A stretch of 64,000 nt of DNA from positions 2,858-66,857 of the forward strand of contig CAMLLC010000010.1 of NCBI GenBank assembly GCA_946480835.1. The letters are read 5' to 3'. This stretch comes from an uncultured Ventosimonas sp. (GTDB lineage: Bacteria; Pseudomonadota; Gammaproteobacteria; Pseudomonadales; Pseudomonadaceae). Below, in pieces: positions 38,446 through 51,393 of the stretch; positions within the stretch are counted from its first letter, which is position 1; each line of letters starts with the position of its first letter. A program made the position numbers and the translations under genes. Under the pieces are notes generated by a model that was given only the letters and a program-made list of their open reading frames with translations, ran no database searches and was not told where the DNA came from.

Positions 38446-39420
38446 CTAAGCATCCTCAATAGGATTTAATAGATATTTTGCCATTTGATGGGTTGCCTTC
38501 ACTAAAGCGTCTGTTACAGCTAACTCAAATGCAGAATGTCCAGCTTCCCTAATAATATTTAACTCACTATTAGGCCATGCTTTGTGTAATTGCCAAGCGT
38601 TGTCTAACGGGCAAATTACATCGTAACGGCTATGCACAATAATACCGGGAATATGAGCAATTTTCGGCATATCCCGCAACAACTGGTTAGCTTCTAAAAA
38701 AGCATTATTTATAAAGTAATGGCATTCAATACGCGCCATTGACAAGGCTTTTTTGGTTTCTAAAAAACTATCAGCTATTTTTGGATTGGGGGCTAACGTG
38801 ATTGTACTCCCTTCCCAACCTGACCAAGCTTTAGCTGCGTGTAATTGAGCTATCTCATCGTTACCTGTTAATCTTTTATAATAGGCCTTAATCATCTCTC
38901 CTCTTTCTTGTACAGGGATAGGAGCTAGATAACTTTCCCAATAATCGGGAAACAATAAACTAGCCCCCTCTTGATAAAACCACTGTAATTCAGAAGGGCG
39001 ACATAAAAAAATACCTCTTAATATTAAGCCTAATACCCTATCAGGGTGCGTCTGAGCATAAGCTAACGCTAAAGTAGATCCCCACGACCCACCAAATACC
39101 ACCCATTTATCTATACCTAGCGTATTTCTAATAAGCTCTATATCTGCCACTAGATCCCACGTCGTATTATGCTCTAAACAAGCGTGGGGGGTGGAACTAC
39201 CACATCCTCTTTGGTCGAAAGTAACAATACGATAAATGTTAGGGTCAAAAAATCTAGCACTATTTTCATCGCAGCCACCACCTGGGCCACCATGTAAAAA
39301 TAAGACGGCTAAACCCGTTCGCGAACCACTTTCCTCTATATGAAGAATATGTGGCTCTTGGACTGCTAATTTGTGAGTGGCAAAGGGTTTAATTTCAGGG
39401 AAAAGAGTTTGCATCATCAT
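38446..39420 (-). CDS. pip: Proline iminopeptidase
   Basis: LHGGPGGG, FDQRGCG, GGSWGSTL nucleophile, RYDVICP, AGHSA. One of three consecutive ATGs is the start. Confidence 0.96.
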   Translation of the reverse strand: MMMQTLFPEIKPFATHKLAVQEPHILHIEESGSRTGLAVLFLHGGPGGGCDENSARFFDPNIYRIVTFDQRGCGSSTPHACLEHNTTWDLVADIELIRNTLGIDKWVVFGGSWGSTLALAYAQTHPDRVLGLILRGIFLCRPSELQWFYQEGASLLFPDYWESYLAPIPVQERGEMIKAYYKRLTGNDEIAQLHAAKAWSGWEGSTITLAPNPKIADSFLETKKALSMARIECHYFINNAFLEANQLLRDMPKIAHIPGIIVHSRYDVICPLDNAWQLHKAWPNSELNIIREAGHSAFELAVTDALVKATHQMAKYLLNPIEDA

Positions 39421-39435
39421 TATCCTAGTTAATTA

Positions 39436-40392
39436 TTAGTTAGCTATATATTTCTCAACAGCTATTTTACCCTCTTCCCCGGTAAGGCTTTTAACTCCTG
39501 TTAACCATTCTTCTAACAGCTCCGAATGGTGTTTTAAATAATCTTTAGCAATTTGTTTAATTGGGGCTTTATTGTCTAAAATAGCTAACATTAACTCATT
39601 CTCCATAGCCAAGGTAAAGTGGATCTGACCTAACCAATTAGCTTCAACAGGACAACGTTTGCTAAAACTGTTAGAAATGACCGTTAATACCTTAGCGCTT
39701 CCATAGTTTGGGCCAAACACCTCATCACCTCCTGCTAAATACTTTATATCCATCTTGGCATTCATAGGGTGAGGTTCCCAACCTAAAAAAACGATAGGCT
39801 TTTTCGCTTTGATTGCTTTATTTACCTCAGCCAGCATAACTGCTTCACTGGATTCTCTTAATTTAAAACCACTCAAATTATAAAGATTATCCTTAATCAT
39901 CTTCTGAATCAATAAATTACCATCATTACCCGCTTCAATTCCATAAATTTTAGCACCTAACTCTTTTTTAAATTTGGCTATATCGGCAAAAGTTTGTAAG
40001 CCAGCATCATAAGTATAACTAGGTACCGCTAAAGTATATTTAGCCCCTTCTAAATTAGCTTTTTCTGGTATTAGGATAGAGTTATTTTTAATAAAAGGCG
40101 CAGCGATGCTATCCATAGAAGGAGACCAATAACCCAAAAAGGCATCTACTTTACCCTTAGCTACACTAGTAAAAGCAATAGGTACCGAAATAATAGGAGC
40201 TGACACTTTATAGCCTAACCCTTCAGCTATGACCGAAACGATCGCGGTAGTAGCACTAATATCTGCCCAACCTGTTTCAGCTAATTTAATTTCAGCGCAA
40301 CTTGCAGACTCAGATCTACCACCAGCTATCGCTGTAAAACTACTCATTAGTCCCACTAATACCATACACAAATATTTATTAATGTTATTCAT
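39436..40392 (-). CDS. Choline/betaine ABC substrate-binding protein (ChoX/CbcX/BetX family)
   Basis: Signal peptide, GWADISATT, FLGYWSPSM, IYGIEAGNDGN, VFLGWEPHPMN. Confidence 0.9.
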   Translation of the reverse strand: MNNINKYLCMVLVGLMSSFTAIAGGRSESASCAEIKLAETGWADISATTAIVSVIAEGLGYKVSAPIISVPIAFTSVAKGKVDAFLGYWSPSMDSIAAPFIKNNSILIPEKANLEGAKYTLAVPSYTYDAGLQTFADIAKFKKELGAKIYGIEAGNDGNLLIQKMIKDNLYNLSGFKLRESSEAVMLAEVNKAIKAKKPIVFLGWEPHPMNAKMDIKYLAGGDEVFGPNYGSAKVLTVISNSFSKRCPVEANWLGQIHFTLAMENELMLAILDNKAPIKQIAKDYLKHHSELLEEWLTGVKSLTGEEGKIAVEKYIAN

Positions 40393-40556
40393 GCTATTTC
40401 CTTTACTATGAAGTCACTAGAACAAATTTGTAACAACCTTACTACTATTTTCACTAAATAGCAAAATAGCCTTATAACATTTCCTGTATACTTAATACTA
40501 ATTATTATTTATATCCTAATTCTTAAAACTTATTAACTAACGGTGTTAACTTAATT

Positions 40557-41360
40557 ATGATTGCTAATAATCCTCCTAGCCGCCCTATAGTACTTTGTTT
40601 ATCTGGTCATGATCCTAGCGGTGGGGCTGGTATTCAAGCTGATATAGAAGCTATTTTGGCACAACAATGCCATGCGGCACCTACGGTAACGGCTCTTACT
40701 GTCCAAAATACTGTGAATGTATCAGATTTTAGAGTATTAGATAGAGATTGGGTACTCGCTCAAGCCAATGCCGTATTATCTGATATGCCCGTGGCAGCCA
40801 TTAAACTAGGTATGCTAGGTAATATTGAAATGGTAGATACCATTCTTGAACTAATTCATCAACATCCCCATTTACCATTGGTTTGTGACCCTGTTTTAAA
40901 AGCAGGTGGCGGTGGTTCTTTAGGAAAAGACGATGTAGGCTATGCCATCAGAGAAAAACTACTACCGTTAGCCACCATCAGTACCCCTAATTTACCCGAA
41001 GCACGCATCTTAGCAGAACTACCAGAAGGTTCCGCCGATCAATGTGCAGAGGTATTAATGAACTATAGCAAAAATTTACTTATTAAGGGCGGACATGCAA
41101 CAGACCCTATCATAAGTAATCGTCTCTATAGCCAATCGAAAGAAACACTAATTTTTACTTGTCAGCGTTTACCAGGCAATTTTCATGGTTCAGGCTGTAC
41201 CCTTGCCAGTGCTCTTGCTGGCCGCCTAGCTCTTGGCGAAGAGCTTGCTAGTGCAGTCAAAACAGCGCTTGACTATACTTGGCGTACCTTACGAGATGCA
41301 GAAGCACCAGGACATGGCCAATATATTCCTAGACGTCTACCTTTGGACTTCTGCTCGTGA
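40557..41360 (+). CDS. thiD: Hydroxymethylpyrimidine/phosphomethylpyrimidine kinase
   Basis: [39 protein letters not shown]. Confidence 0.92.
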   Translation: MIANNPPSRPIVLCLSGHDPSGGAGIQADIEAILAQQCHAAPTVTALTVQNTVNVSDFRVLDRDWVLAQANAVLSDMPVAAIKLGMLGNIEMVDTILELIHQHPHLPLVCDPVLKAGGGGSLGKDDVGYAIREKLLPLATISTPNLPEARILAELPEGSADQCAEVLMNYSKNLLIKGGHATDPIISNRLYSQSKETLIFTCQRLPGNFHGSGCTLASALAGRLALGEELASAVKTALDYTWRTLRDAEAPGHGQYIPRRLPLDFCS

Positions 41361-41989
41361 AACTAGCTGGTTTATATGGTATAACAGATAATAAGCTACT
41401 AGCGGATGGTCGCTTATTACCTTATGTAGAAGCAGCTTTAAAAGGTGGTATGAAGTTACTGCAATATCGTGATAAAACGACAGACACTAAGCGTCGTTAT
41501 CAAGAAGCCGAAGCGCTAAAAAAACTTTGTAACCAATACCACGCTCTCTTGATTATTAATGACGATATAGTATTAGCCAAAGAACTATCGGTAGGAGTAC
41601 ATTTAGGCCAAACCGATAGTTCAATTGAAGCAGCTAGAAAACTGTTAGGCTCTAACGCTATTATCGGCGCTACTTGTCATGGTTCTTTAGAGCTCGCTCA
41701 CCAAGCAAAAGCGGCAGGGGCTAATTATTTAGCCTTTGGTCGTTTCTTTAGCTCACTCACTAAGCCTGACGCTATAGCTGCTGATAAGTCTGTCTTAAGC
41801 CAAGCTAAAACTTTACACTTACCGCTATGCGCTATAGGAGGGATAACCTTGGACAAAGTGACTAGCTTAACTAAGGCAGGTGCGGATTTGGTCGCCGTTG
41901 TTAATGACTTATTTGCTAAAGAAAACGCTGCACAAGTTAAACAGCAGGCTAGCAAATTTAGCGAGCTAATAGCTATTACCTCTTGTTAG
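41357..41989 (+). CDS. thiE: Thiamine-phosphate synthase
   Basis: [31 protein letters not shown]; GTGA overlap with thiD. Confidence 0.95.
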   Translation: MKLAGLYGITDNKLLADGRLLPYVEAALKGGMKLLQYRDKTTDTKRRYQEAEALKKLCNQYHALLIINDDIVLAKELSVGVHLGQTDSSIEAARKLLGSNAIIGATCHGSLELAHQAKAAGANYLAFGRFFSSLTKPDAIAADKSVLSQAKTLHLPLCAIGGITLDKVTSLTKAGADLVAVVNDLFAKENAAQVKQQASKFSELIAITSC

Positions 41990-42069
41990 CTGATGATGAA
42001 GACGCTTTCTGTTCAATAAAACACTAACTAGCCTATAACTTGATAGTTTTATAGCACCCTTATTGCTAA

Positions 42070-43743
42070 TCAGCGTTGTGCTGTAGCTAACATAGCTTCA
42101 GCATGGGCAAGAGACTGTTTAGTTAGCTCTACGCCGCCTAACATTCTGGCCAACTCTTCCACACGTTGCTTAGTCGTAAGCTGACTAACTACCGTTTCGG
42201 TGCTAGTTTTAGTACGTGCTTTATGTACCAATAAGTGCTGGTGTCCTTGTGCCGCCACTTGTGGCAAGTGCGTTACCACTAATATTTGACCTGTTTGCCC
42301 TATCTTATTTAACAATTGCCCAACGATCTCAGCAGTAGGGCCACCTATCCCTACATCCACTTCATCAAACACTAATGTTGGGACCCTAGATGTTTGGGCA
42401 GTAATCACTTGAATAGCTAAACTAATACGAGATAACTCACCACCTGAAGCAACTTTATTTAAAGACCTTAACGGCTGACCAGGATTACTACTGACCTGAA
42501 ACTCCACAATTTCCATACCATTACGTTGAGGTTCAGCCGAATCAACTGGCGTTAAATTAATAGCAAATTGGCCACCCGGCATACCTAAAGTTTGCATTTC
42601 TTGCTGGACAGCCTTAGCTAATTTGATAGCTGCTTTATGCCGCGCATCCGACAACTTTTTAGCCTGTTGTTGATAGTCTTTAGTTAATTGCTCTACCTTT
42701 TGAGTTAACTGCTCTAACGACTCATCAGCAGCATTAAGCGTTGCTAGTTCAGTAGTAAGTTGTGTTGTAAAGGCTGGTAGCTCAGCAGGCTGAATATGAT
42801 GTTTACGCGCCAAACTATAAATTCTATCTAGCCTTTCTTCAACTTGTTGTTGCCTAATAGGATCGGCTTCAAAATGGTCAATAAACCTATTTATTTCAGC
42901 CATAGCTTCTTCAATTTGAATCTGTGCTGAAGTAAATAACTGGCTAACCTCTACCAATTCAGCAATAGGAGTTTTGAACGAGGTTAGCTTTTTAATGGCT
43001 GTAGTTAAAACCACTATTAGATTCACCTCATCATTACTACAACTAGCCAATACTTGCTGGCAAGTGCTTAAAATAGTATCTGCTTGGCTTAAACTATGTT
43101 GCTCCGCCTCTAATTGTTCTAATTCACCTGCCACTAAGGATAACGCCGCTAATTCTTCTAATTGATAGCTTAGTAATGCCTGTCTTGCTTGTTGTTCCTC
43201 ACTGCGATGAGTACGTTGATAGAGCTCCTGCAAAGCTTCTTTCCAAGTCTGTGCTAACTGCTTAACTTGTGCAACTAAGGCCGAATGAGCAGCATATTCA
43301 TCTAACAATCTACGCTGATTATCTAACTTTAAAAGGGATTGATGTTCATGCTGGCTATGAATATCTATTAACAGCTCACCCAATGATTTGAGTTGACTTA
43401 AAGGGCAAGGAGTACCATTAATATAGCCTCTAGAGCGTCCATCTTGAGTTATGACTCTTCTTAACAAGCAACTATTATCAGCTAAGTTTAAATCATTATT
43501 AGCTAGCCACTCTTGCGCCTCGGCAATCTGGCTAATATCAAAACTTGCTAAAATGTCTGCTTTATCAGTATGAGGCCGCACCACACTACTATCGCACCTA
43601 TCCCCTAATGCTAGACCTAACGCATCAAGCATAATGGATTTGCCGGCACCCGTCTCTCCTGTGATAACAGTCATGCCTGCGGTCAACTCTAAGTCTAATC
43701 GTTCAACAATAGCATAATTACTAATGGCTAGATGCACTAACAT
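42070..43743 (-). CDS. recN: DNA repair protein RecN
   Basis: Walker A GETGAGKS, DIHSQHEHQ, ASGGELSR signature, FDEVDVGIGG, VTHLPQVA. Confidence 0.97.
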   Translation of the reverse strand: MLVHLAISNYAIVERLDLELTAGMTVITGETGAGKSIMLDALGLALGDRCDSSVVRPHTDKADILASFDISQIAEAQEWLANNDLNLADNSCLLRRVITQDGRSRGYINGTPCPLSQLKSLGELLIDIHSQHEHQSLLKLDNQRRLLDEYAAHSALVAQVKQLAQTWKEALQELYQRTHRSEEQQARQALLSYQLEELAALSLVAGELEQLEAEQHSLSQADTILSTCQQVLASCSNDEVNLIVVLTTAIKKLTSFKTPIAELVEVSQLFTSAQIQIEEAMAEINRFIDHFEADPIRQQQVEERLDRIYSLARKHHIQPAELPAFTTQLTTELATLNAADESLEQLTQKVEQLTKDYQQQAKKLSDARHKAAIKLAKAVQQEMQTLGMPGGQFAINLTPVDSAEPQRNGMEIVEFQVSSNPGQPLRSLNKVASGGELSRISLAIQVITAQTSRVPTLVFDEVDVGIGGPTAEIVGQLLNKIGQTGQILVVTHLPQVAAQGHQHLLVHKARTKTSTETVVSQLTTKQRVEELARMLGGVELTKQSLAHAEAMLATAQR

Positions 43744-43880
43744 GAGTTATAAATCCATACTTGTTTGAGCCTATCAAATATCATAAAGCTATTATAAGCT
43801 ATTCATATATAAAAGGTGATGAACACACCATTTATTCGTTAGTAAATGCTAAAATAAACTTAACGCTGATGAGATGAGAT

Positions 43881-44771
43881 ATGCGTGTGAAAAAACTAAA
43901 AGGTAAAATTGCTGTCGCTTTTATTCGTTTATTTGCCCTATTCCCTTGGTGTCTAGTTGAAAAAATAGGCTGCTTGGTTGGCTATCTTATGTGGTGGTTT
44001 CCTAATAGATCACGTCAAGTAGCCTTAATTAATCTAAGCAAATGTTTCCCTGAACTTAGCCAAACACAAATTAATAGATTAGCAAAGCAAACATTAATCA
44101 ATCAGGGCAAAACCCTAGCTGAAAGTGCTTGTGCTTGGTGTTGGCCACCTAAAAAAACATTAGCCGTTATCAAACAAGTTGAAGGGCTGGATGTATTACA
44201 AAGGGCCATCTCATCTGGTAAAGGTGCAGTTGGTATTACTAGCCATTTAGGCAATTGGGAAATTCTTAATCACTATTACTCTAGTTACTGTAATCCAGTT
44301 ATTTTCTATCGTCCACCCAAACTAAAAGAACTAGACGATTTTTTAAAAATACGTAGAGTACAGATGGGCAATAGAGTAGCACCTTCCACTAAAGAAGGTA
44401 TTTTAAGTGTTATCAAAGAAATACGCCGTGGTGGCTGTGCCGGTATTCCGGCTGATCCTGAGCCAGCTAAATCTTCAGGGGTGTTTGTCCCTTTTTTTGC
44501 CACTCAGGTATTAACCAGTAAATTTGTAGCCAGCATGGTTGCAGGTCATAAGGCGGTAGCTTTTGTGGGCCACGCCATACGACTAGATGACGGGAGCTAT
44601 AAAGTAATTTTTGAAGATGTTCCTAACACTATATATAGTGATGATACAGCTCAAGGCGCAGCGGTGATGGGCAAAATCATCGAAAACTGCGTAAGACGCT
44701 GGCCTACTCAATATATGTGGAGTATGAAGCGTTTTAAAAATAGGCCAGAAGGCGAACAACGTTGGTATTAA
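43881..44771 (+). CDS. Lysophospholipid/lipid A acyltransferase (HtrB/LpxL family, PA0011-like)
   Basis: SHLGNWE catalytic motif, FYRPPK, PADPEP, PFFA, PTQYMWSMKRFK. Confidence 0.9.
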   Translation: MRVKKLKGKIAVAFIRLFALFPWCLVEKIGCLVGYLMWWFPNRSRQVALINLSKCFPELSQTQINRLAKQTLINQGKTLAESACAWCWPPKKTLAVIKQVEGLDVLQRAISSGKGAVGITSHLGNWEILNHYYSSYCNPVIFYRPPKLKELDDFLKIRRVQMGNRVAPSTKEGILSVIKEIRRGGCAGIPADPEPAKSSGVFVPFFATQVLTSKFVASMVAGHKAVAFVGHAIRLDDGSYKVIFEDVPNTIYSDDTAQGAAVMGKIIENCVRRWPTQYMWSMKRFKNRPEGEQRWY

Positions 44772-45013
44772 TTAACCAGTAAACTAGCTAGCGGATAGGT
44801 AATAAACAACTAACCCAATGGCTTCAACTTATACGCTCTTTTTACTTTTTAATCCCTTATTCTAGCAAAAAGCGATGCTTTATTACTGTTAATAATCACT
44901 GCTCATTTATCTGTTCCTGCCCTGAACTTTTAAATAGTCTAAATAAATCAAATGCAACACTCTAGCACATCCATTCGTAAACTTATAAACAAATGGTGAA
45001 CTGACTGCTACTT

Positions 45014-46375
45014 TTAATTAGTTTTTTTAGGTTTTTGCCACTGCTCTTTTTGGACTTGTTTTGCTCTACCTATGGCTAAAGCATTAGCTGCCACATTTAC
45101 AGTAATAGTTGACCCTGCTGCGGTGGTGGCAGCATCACCTATTTTAAGAGGTGCCACTAAAGAATTATTAGACCCTATAAAAACTTCATTGCCTAACACT
45201 GTTTTATACTTCTTAACACCATCATAATTACAAGTGATAGTACCTGCCCCTATATTACAATAATTACCTATTTCAGCATCTCCCAAATAAGTTAAATGTC
45301 CTACCTTTGAATATTCACCTAACTTGGTATTTTTCAATTCTACAAAATTACCTACGTGGGCTTTTTTCTCCAAAATAGTGCCTGGGCGTAACCTTGCAAA
45401 AGGCCCTGCATCACTTTCTTCTTCTAAAATAGCTCCCTCTATATGGCTATTGGGTTTAACTGTAACACCACGTTTTAATATACTATTTTTAATAATAGAA
45501 TTAGCACCTATAGTGACATTATCCTCTATAACTACTTTACCCTCTAAAATGACATTGACATCTATCTCAATATCTTGGCCGACCTTGACTTCACCTCTGA
45601 TATCAAACCTATGTGGATCTAATAAAGTCACCCCTTGGGCCATTAAATCAGTAGCTTGTTGCAATTGATAGAAACGTTCTAGCTGAGCTAATTGCACTTT
45701 ATCATTAGCTCCTTGCACTTCCATCTCCGTAATAGGTTGACAGGTCTCAATAGTAAAGCCATCTGCTACTGCCATAGCTATTACATCGGTTAAATAGTAT
45801 TCACCTTGGGCATTATTATTAGATAATTGGCTTAACCATTTCCTAAGCGGCTCGGTAGAAGATGCCAAAATACCCGTATTAGCTTCTTTAATTTGCTTCT
45901 GCTCAAAGCTCGCATCCTTTTGCTCAACAATAGCTATTACTTGCTGCTGCTCATTTCTAATAATGCGACCATAGCCAGTAGAATCTGGTAAATTCACTGT
46001 TAACAAAGCTAATTGGTTATTGGTCAGGCAGTCTAATAAAGTTTGCATAGTTGCCTGTTGGACTAAAGGCACATCACCATATAACACTAAAATTTGTTCA
46101 CTCGTTACTGCTGGCATAGCAGCTGCTACCGCGTGTCCTGTACCCAACTGCTGTTCTTGCAAGACAAAATTAATATCATCGGCGCTAAATTGCTGTTTAA
46201 TTTGTTCGGCACCATGACCTATAACCACATGTATCTTATTGGGTGCTAACTGTCTAGCACTATCTATTACATGCGCTAACATTGATTTACCAGCAATAGG
46301 AAGCAATACTTTTGGCAAGGCAGACTTCATTCGTGTCCCTTTACCAGCAGCTAAAATAATAATTTCTAGAGACAT
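45014..46375 (-). CDS. glmU: Bifunctional N-acetylglucosamine-1-phosphate uridyltransferase/acetyltransferase
   Basis: [26 protein letters not shown], hexapeptide repeats, CNYDG. Confidence 0.98.
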   Translation of the reverse strand: MSLEIIILAAGKGTRMKSALPKVLLPIAGKSMLAHVIDSARQLAPNKIHVVIGHGAEQIKQQFSADDINFVLQEQQLGTGHAVAAAMPAVTSEQILVLYGDVPLVQQATMQTLLDCLTNNQLALLTVNLPDSTGYGRIIRNEQQQVIAIVEQKDASFEQKQIKEANTGILASSTEPLRKWLSQLSNNNAQGEYYLTDVIAMAVADGFTIETCQPITEMEVQGANDKVQLAQLERFYQLQQATDLMAQGVTLLDPHRFDIRGEVKVGQDIEIDVNVILEGKVVIEDNVTIGANSIIKNSILKRGVTVKPNSHIEGAILEEESDAGPFARLRPGTILEKKAHVGNFVELKNTKLGEYSKVGHLTYLGDAEIGNYCNIGAGTITCNYDGVKKYKTVLGNEVFIGSNNSLVAPLKIGDAATTAAGSTITVNVAANALAIGRAKQVQKEQWQKPKKTN

Positions 46376-46393
46376 AGTGATTATTCCTAAAAC

Positions 46394-46420
46394 AAAAAAA
46401 GGGTAGCTCAGCTACCCTTT
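46394..46420 (-). terminator. Intrinsic terminator after atpC
   Basis: Minus strand AAAGGGTAGC-tga-GCTACCC-T7. Confidence 0.85.
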
Positions 46421-46445
46421 ATTATAAATCAAATAAATTAAGTTA

Positions 46446-46865
46446 TTACTTAATCTTTCGCTTAAGTTCAGAAATAGTACGTAGCTGCGCGGCAGCCTTA
46501 GCTAAACTTGTGGCAGTAGATGAAAAATCTTGAGCGGATACTTTATCTGACAATTGACTTTCAGCTTCTTTTACCGCAGCTCTGGCGGCTGCTTCATCTA
46601 AGTCTTCAGCTCTAATTCCGGTATCAGCTAATACCACTACTTCGGTAGGTTGAACCTCTAAGAAACCACCTGAAATATAAAAGATCTCTTCTGAATCATC
46701 TTCTTTTACAACTCTAACTGGTCCGGGTAATAAGCTAGTTAATAATGGGGCATGATTAGGTAAGATACCTAAATCCCCCATACTACCATGTGCTACTACT
46801 CGCTTTGCAGTACCAGTAAAAAGAGATTCTTCTGCACTAACAATACTACATTTAAGGACGGCCAT
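46446..46865 (-). CDS. atpC: ATP synthase epsilon
   Basis: GDLGILPNHAPLLT, SGGFLEVQP; operon position. Confidence 0.97.
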   Translation of the reverse strand: MAVLKCSIVSAEESLFTGTAKRVVAHGSMGDLGILPNHAPLLTSLLPGPVRVVKEDDSEEIFYISGGFLEVQPTEVVVLADTGIRAEDLDEAAARAAVKEAESQLSDKVSAQDFSSTATSLAKAAAQLRTISELKRKIK

Positions 46866-46913
46866 TTTTCTACCCTCTTACTTATGCCTCTACTAATATG
46901 TAGAAGAACCCTA

Positions 46914-48314
<1,401 letters not shown>

Positions 48315-48326
48315 TTAAACCTTATA

Positions 48327-49226
48327 TTACGATACAGCTGCTGCACCACCAACAATTTCTGAAATTTCTTGGGTAATAGCTGCTTGCCGTGCCTTATTGA
48401 AAATAAGTTGCAATCCATCAATAAGATCAGCCGCATTATTTGTCGCATTTTGCATTGCCACCATACGGGCTGCTTGCTCTGCCGCGCCATTTTCTACTAC
48501 CGCTTGATAAACTAACGACTCAATATAACGAACCAATAACGTATCAAGCAACTCTTGAGCGCTGGGTTCATAAATATAATCCCAACTACTTTCTACTACT
48601 TTCTTGTGAGTTTCAGTTGCATTTGCTTCCTCAGCTAGATATTCTTTGGGTAATGGTAACAGCTGGACAAGAGTAGGTTGCTGGGTCATTGTATTGACAA
48701 ATCTATTAGCAGCCACATAAAGCTTATCTAGCTCGCCCTTATTAAAGCCATCAAGCATCACTCTAACGCCCCCTATTAACTCTTTAATAGAGCTATGCTC
48801 GCTTAAGTTAGTAATAGCTGCTGTTATCTTGGCCCCAAAATGAGTAAAGAAACTCACACCCTTAGAACCTATAATGCAAAGCTCTATTTCAGCACCCTTA
48901 TCAAACCAATACTGATAGTCTTTTAGTACTTCTTTAAATAAATTAACATTAAGACCACCACAAAGCCCTCTATCCGTAGAGACGATAATATAACCTACCT
49001 TCTTTACTGGACGCTCTATCATATAAGGGTGATGATATTCTGCTGCATTAGCATTAGCCAACTGAGTAATAACTTGGTAAATACGCTCAGCATAAGGACG
49101 GCTTGCCGCCATTAGTTGTTGCGCTTTACGCATCTTACTCACTGCTACCTTTTCCATAGCACTGGTGATTTTTTGCGTACTTTTTACACTCGCAATCTTA
49201 GTGCGAATTTCTTTTGCGCCTGCCAT
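48327..49226 (-). CDS. atpG: ATP synthase gamma
   Basis: [33 protein letters not shown]. Confidence 0.98.
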   Translation of the reverse strand: MAGAKEIRTKIASVKSTQKITSAMEKVAVSKMRKAQQLMAASRPYAERIYQVITQLANANAAEYHHPYMIERPVKKVGYIIVSTDRGLCGGLNVNLFKEVLKDYQYWFDKGAEIELCIIGSKGVSFFTHFGAKITAAITNLSEHSSIKELIGGVRVMLDGFNKGELDKLYVAANRFVNTMTQQPTLVQLLPLPKEYLAEEANATETHKKVVESSWDYIYEPSAQELLDTLLVRYIESLVYQAVVENGAAEQAARMVAMQNATNNAADLIDGLQLIFNKARQAAITQEISEIVGGAAAVS

Positions 49227-49284
49227 GTTATACCTTTTGCATTATTAATAGGTACTTTATAACTAAAAAAAGTTCCTAACCGTC

Positions 49285-50829
49285 TTACCAAGTATGGGTT
49301 TGCTTAAACTTCTCAATACCCGCCTTAATAGCATTATCAATGTCATCATTAAAATCACCCTGCTCATTGATTTTGGCCATTAATTCAGCATGTTCTCTAT
49401 TGAAATATTCTAATAAAGCAGCTTCAAAAGTACCCACTTTATTTAATTCAATATCTTGTAGATAACCACGTTCAGCTGCATATAAAGCAATTGCCATATC
49501 AGCTACAGAATAAGGAGCATATTGTTTTTGCTTCATTAACTCGGTAACCCTTTGACCATGCTCTAACTGCTTGCGGGTAGCCTCGTCAAGATCTGAAGCA
49601 AACTGGGAGAATGCGGCCAACTCACGGTATTGAGCTAAGGCTGTACGAATACCACCAGATAACTTTTTGATAATTTTAGTCTGCGCAGCACCACCAACCC
49701 GAGAAACCGAAATACCAGCATTTACCGCAGGGCGAATACCTGAGTTGAATAAAGATGATTCTAAGAAAATTTGACCATCAGTAATAGATATCACATTCGT
49801 AGGTACGAAAGCTGATACGTCACCTGCTTGGGTTTCAATAATAGGCAATGCAGTTAATGAACCTGTTTTACCTTTTACCTCTCCGTGGGTAAATTTCTCA
49901 ACGTATTCTTCAGATACACGAGAGGCGCGCTCCAAGAGACGGCTATGCAAATAAAATACGTCACCGGGATAAGCTTCACGTCCTGGTGGACGACGAAGTA
50001 ATAATGAAATTTGCCGATAAGCAACCGCTTGTTTAGACAAATCATCATAAATAATAAGAGCATCTTCCCCACGATCGCGGAAGAACTCACCCATAGTGCA
50101 ACCTGCATAAGGAGCTAGGTACTGCAATGCTGCGGATTCTGAAGCACTAGCTACAACCACAATAGTATTGGCTAAAGCGCCAGCTTCTTCTAGTTTACGC
50201 ACCACATTGGCAATAGTAGATTGCTTTTGCCCGATAGCTACATATACGCAACGTATGCCACTATTCTTTTGGTTGATAATAGCATCCACCGCTAATGCTG
50301 TTTTACCTATTTGGCGGTCACCTATGATTAATTCACGTTGGCCACGGCCAATAGGGATCATAGCATCTACTGATTTATAACCTGTTTGTACTGGTTGGTC
50401 TACCGATTTACGCCAAATAACCCCCGGTGCTACTTTTTCAATTGCATCAGTCTGGCTAGTGCCTAAAGGCCCTTTGCCATCGATAGGATTACCTAATGCA
50501 TCTACTACACGCCCTAATAACTCATTACCAATAGGCACTTCTAGGATACGGCCAGTACATTTGGCACTCATACCCTCAGAAAGACCCAAGTATTCACCTA
50601 ATACCACAGCACCGACTGAATCTTCTTCCAAGTTAAGTGCCATACCATAAACACCACCAGGAAACTCAATCATTTCGCCGTACATTACATCAGCAAGACC
50701 ATAAATCCGAACAATACCATCAGAAACACTAACGATAGTACCTTCATTACGGGCTTGAGTTGAAACATCAAGTTTAGCTATACGCTCTTTGATGACTTCA
50801 GTTATTTCAGAAGGATTTAATTGCTGCAT
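49285..50829 (-). CDS. atpA: ATP synthase alpha
   Basis: [21 protein letters not shown]. Confidence 0.99.
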   Translation of the reverse strand: MQQLNPSEITEVIKERIAKLDVSTQARNEGTIVSVSDGIVRIYGLADVMYGEMIEFPGGVYGMALNLEEDSVGAVVLGEYLGLSEGMSAKCTGRILEVPIGNELLGRVVDALGNPIDGKGPLGTSQTDAIEKVAPGVIWRKSVDQPVQTGYKSVDAMIPIGRGQRELIIGDRQIGKTALAVDAIINQKNSGIRCVYVAIGQKQSTIANVVRKLEEAGALANTIVVVASASESAALQYLAPYAGCTMGEFFRDRGEDALIIYDDLSKQAVAYRQISLLLRRPPGREAYPGDVFYLHSRLLERASRVSEEYVEKFTHGEVKGKTGSLTALPIIETQAGDVSAFVPTNVISITDGQIFLESSLFNSGIRPAVNAGISVSRVGGAAQTKIIKKLSGGIRTALAQYRELAAFSQFASDLDEATRKQLEHGQRVTELMKQKQYAPYSVADMAIALYAAERGYLQDIELNKVGTFEAALLEYFNREHAELMAKINEQGDFNDDIDNAIKAGIEKFKQTHTW

Positions 50830-50844
50830 GCCATGCCCCTTAAA

Positions 50845-51384
50845 TCAGGAATTCATTACTTCGGCGAGTTTATTCAGCCGACCGCGAACCGAACTATCTA
50901 TAACTAAGTCGCCCGCTCGAATGGTTAAACCACCAATTAAAGCGTTATTAACTGTTTGCTTAGCATTTACTGTTCGCTCAAGCCGCTTTGATAAGGCGGC
51001 AGTTATCTTTTCAAGCTGCTCATTAGATAATTCATAAGCAGTTTCTATTTCTACATCTACTACACGCTCAGCTTCTGCTTTATAGGTGTTATAAAGATCA
51101 GATATAGCTGGCAATAATGACAAGCGGTCATGCTCACCTAACACATGCAAAAAATTGGCAAATGAATCATCAATTTTACCCGCTAATAATTTTATTAAAA
51201 AATCAGCTTTAAGAGTGCGCGTTAAAGTTGGCTTAGCCAATTCTTGAACAACTACAGGTTGCTCTAGAGCACAGGTAGCTAGCTCTAATGCTGAAAACCA
51301 TGCATCTATTTGCTTTGCTTGTTGGGCAAATTCAAAAGCTGCTTTAGCATAGGGTCTAGCAAGCGTATGGGTATTTATCATCAC
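50845..51384 (-). CDS. atpH: ATP synthase delta
   Basis: TLARPYAKAAF, IRAGDLVIDSS. Confidence 0.97.
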   Translation of the reverse strand: MMINTHTLARPYAKAAFEFAQQAKQIDAWFSALELATCALEQPVVVQELAKPTLTRTLKADFLIKLLAGKIDDSFANFLHVLGEHDRLSLLPAISDLYNTYKAEAERVVDVEIETAYELSNEQLEKITAALSKRLERTVNAKQTVNNALIGGLTIRAGDLVIDSSVRGRLNKLAEVMNS

Positions 51385-51393
51385 TTGCTCCGC

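Noticed and set aside
40393-40556. TPP riboswitch upstream of thiDE
   Set aside because: No CTGAGA or other conserved TPP aptamer elements; the region is simply AT-rich.
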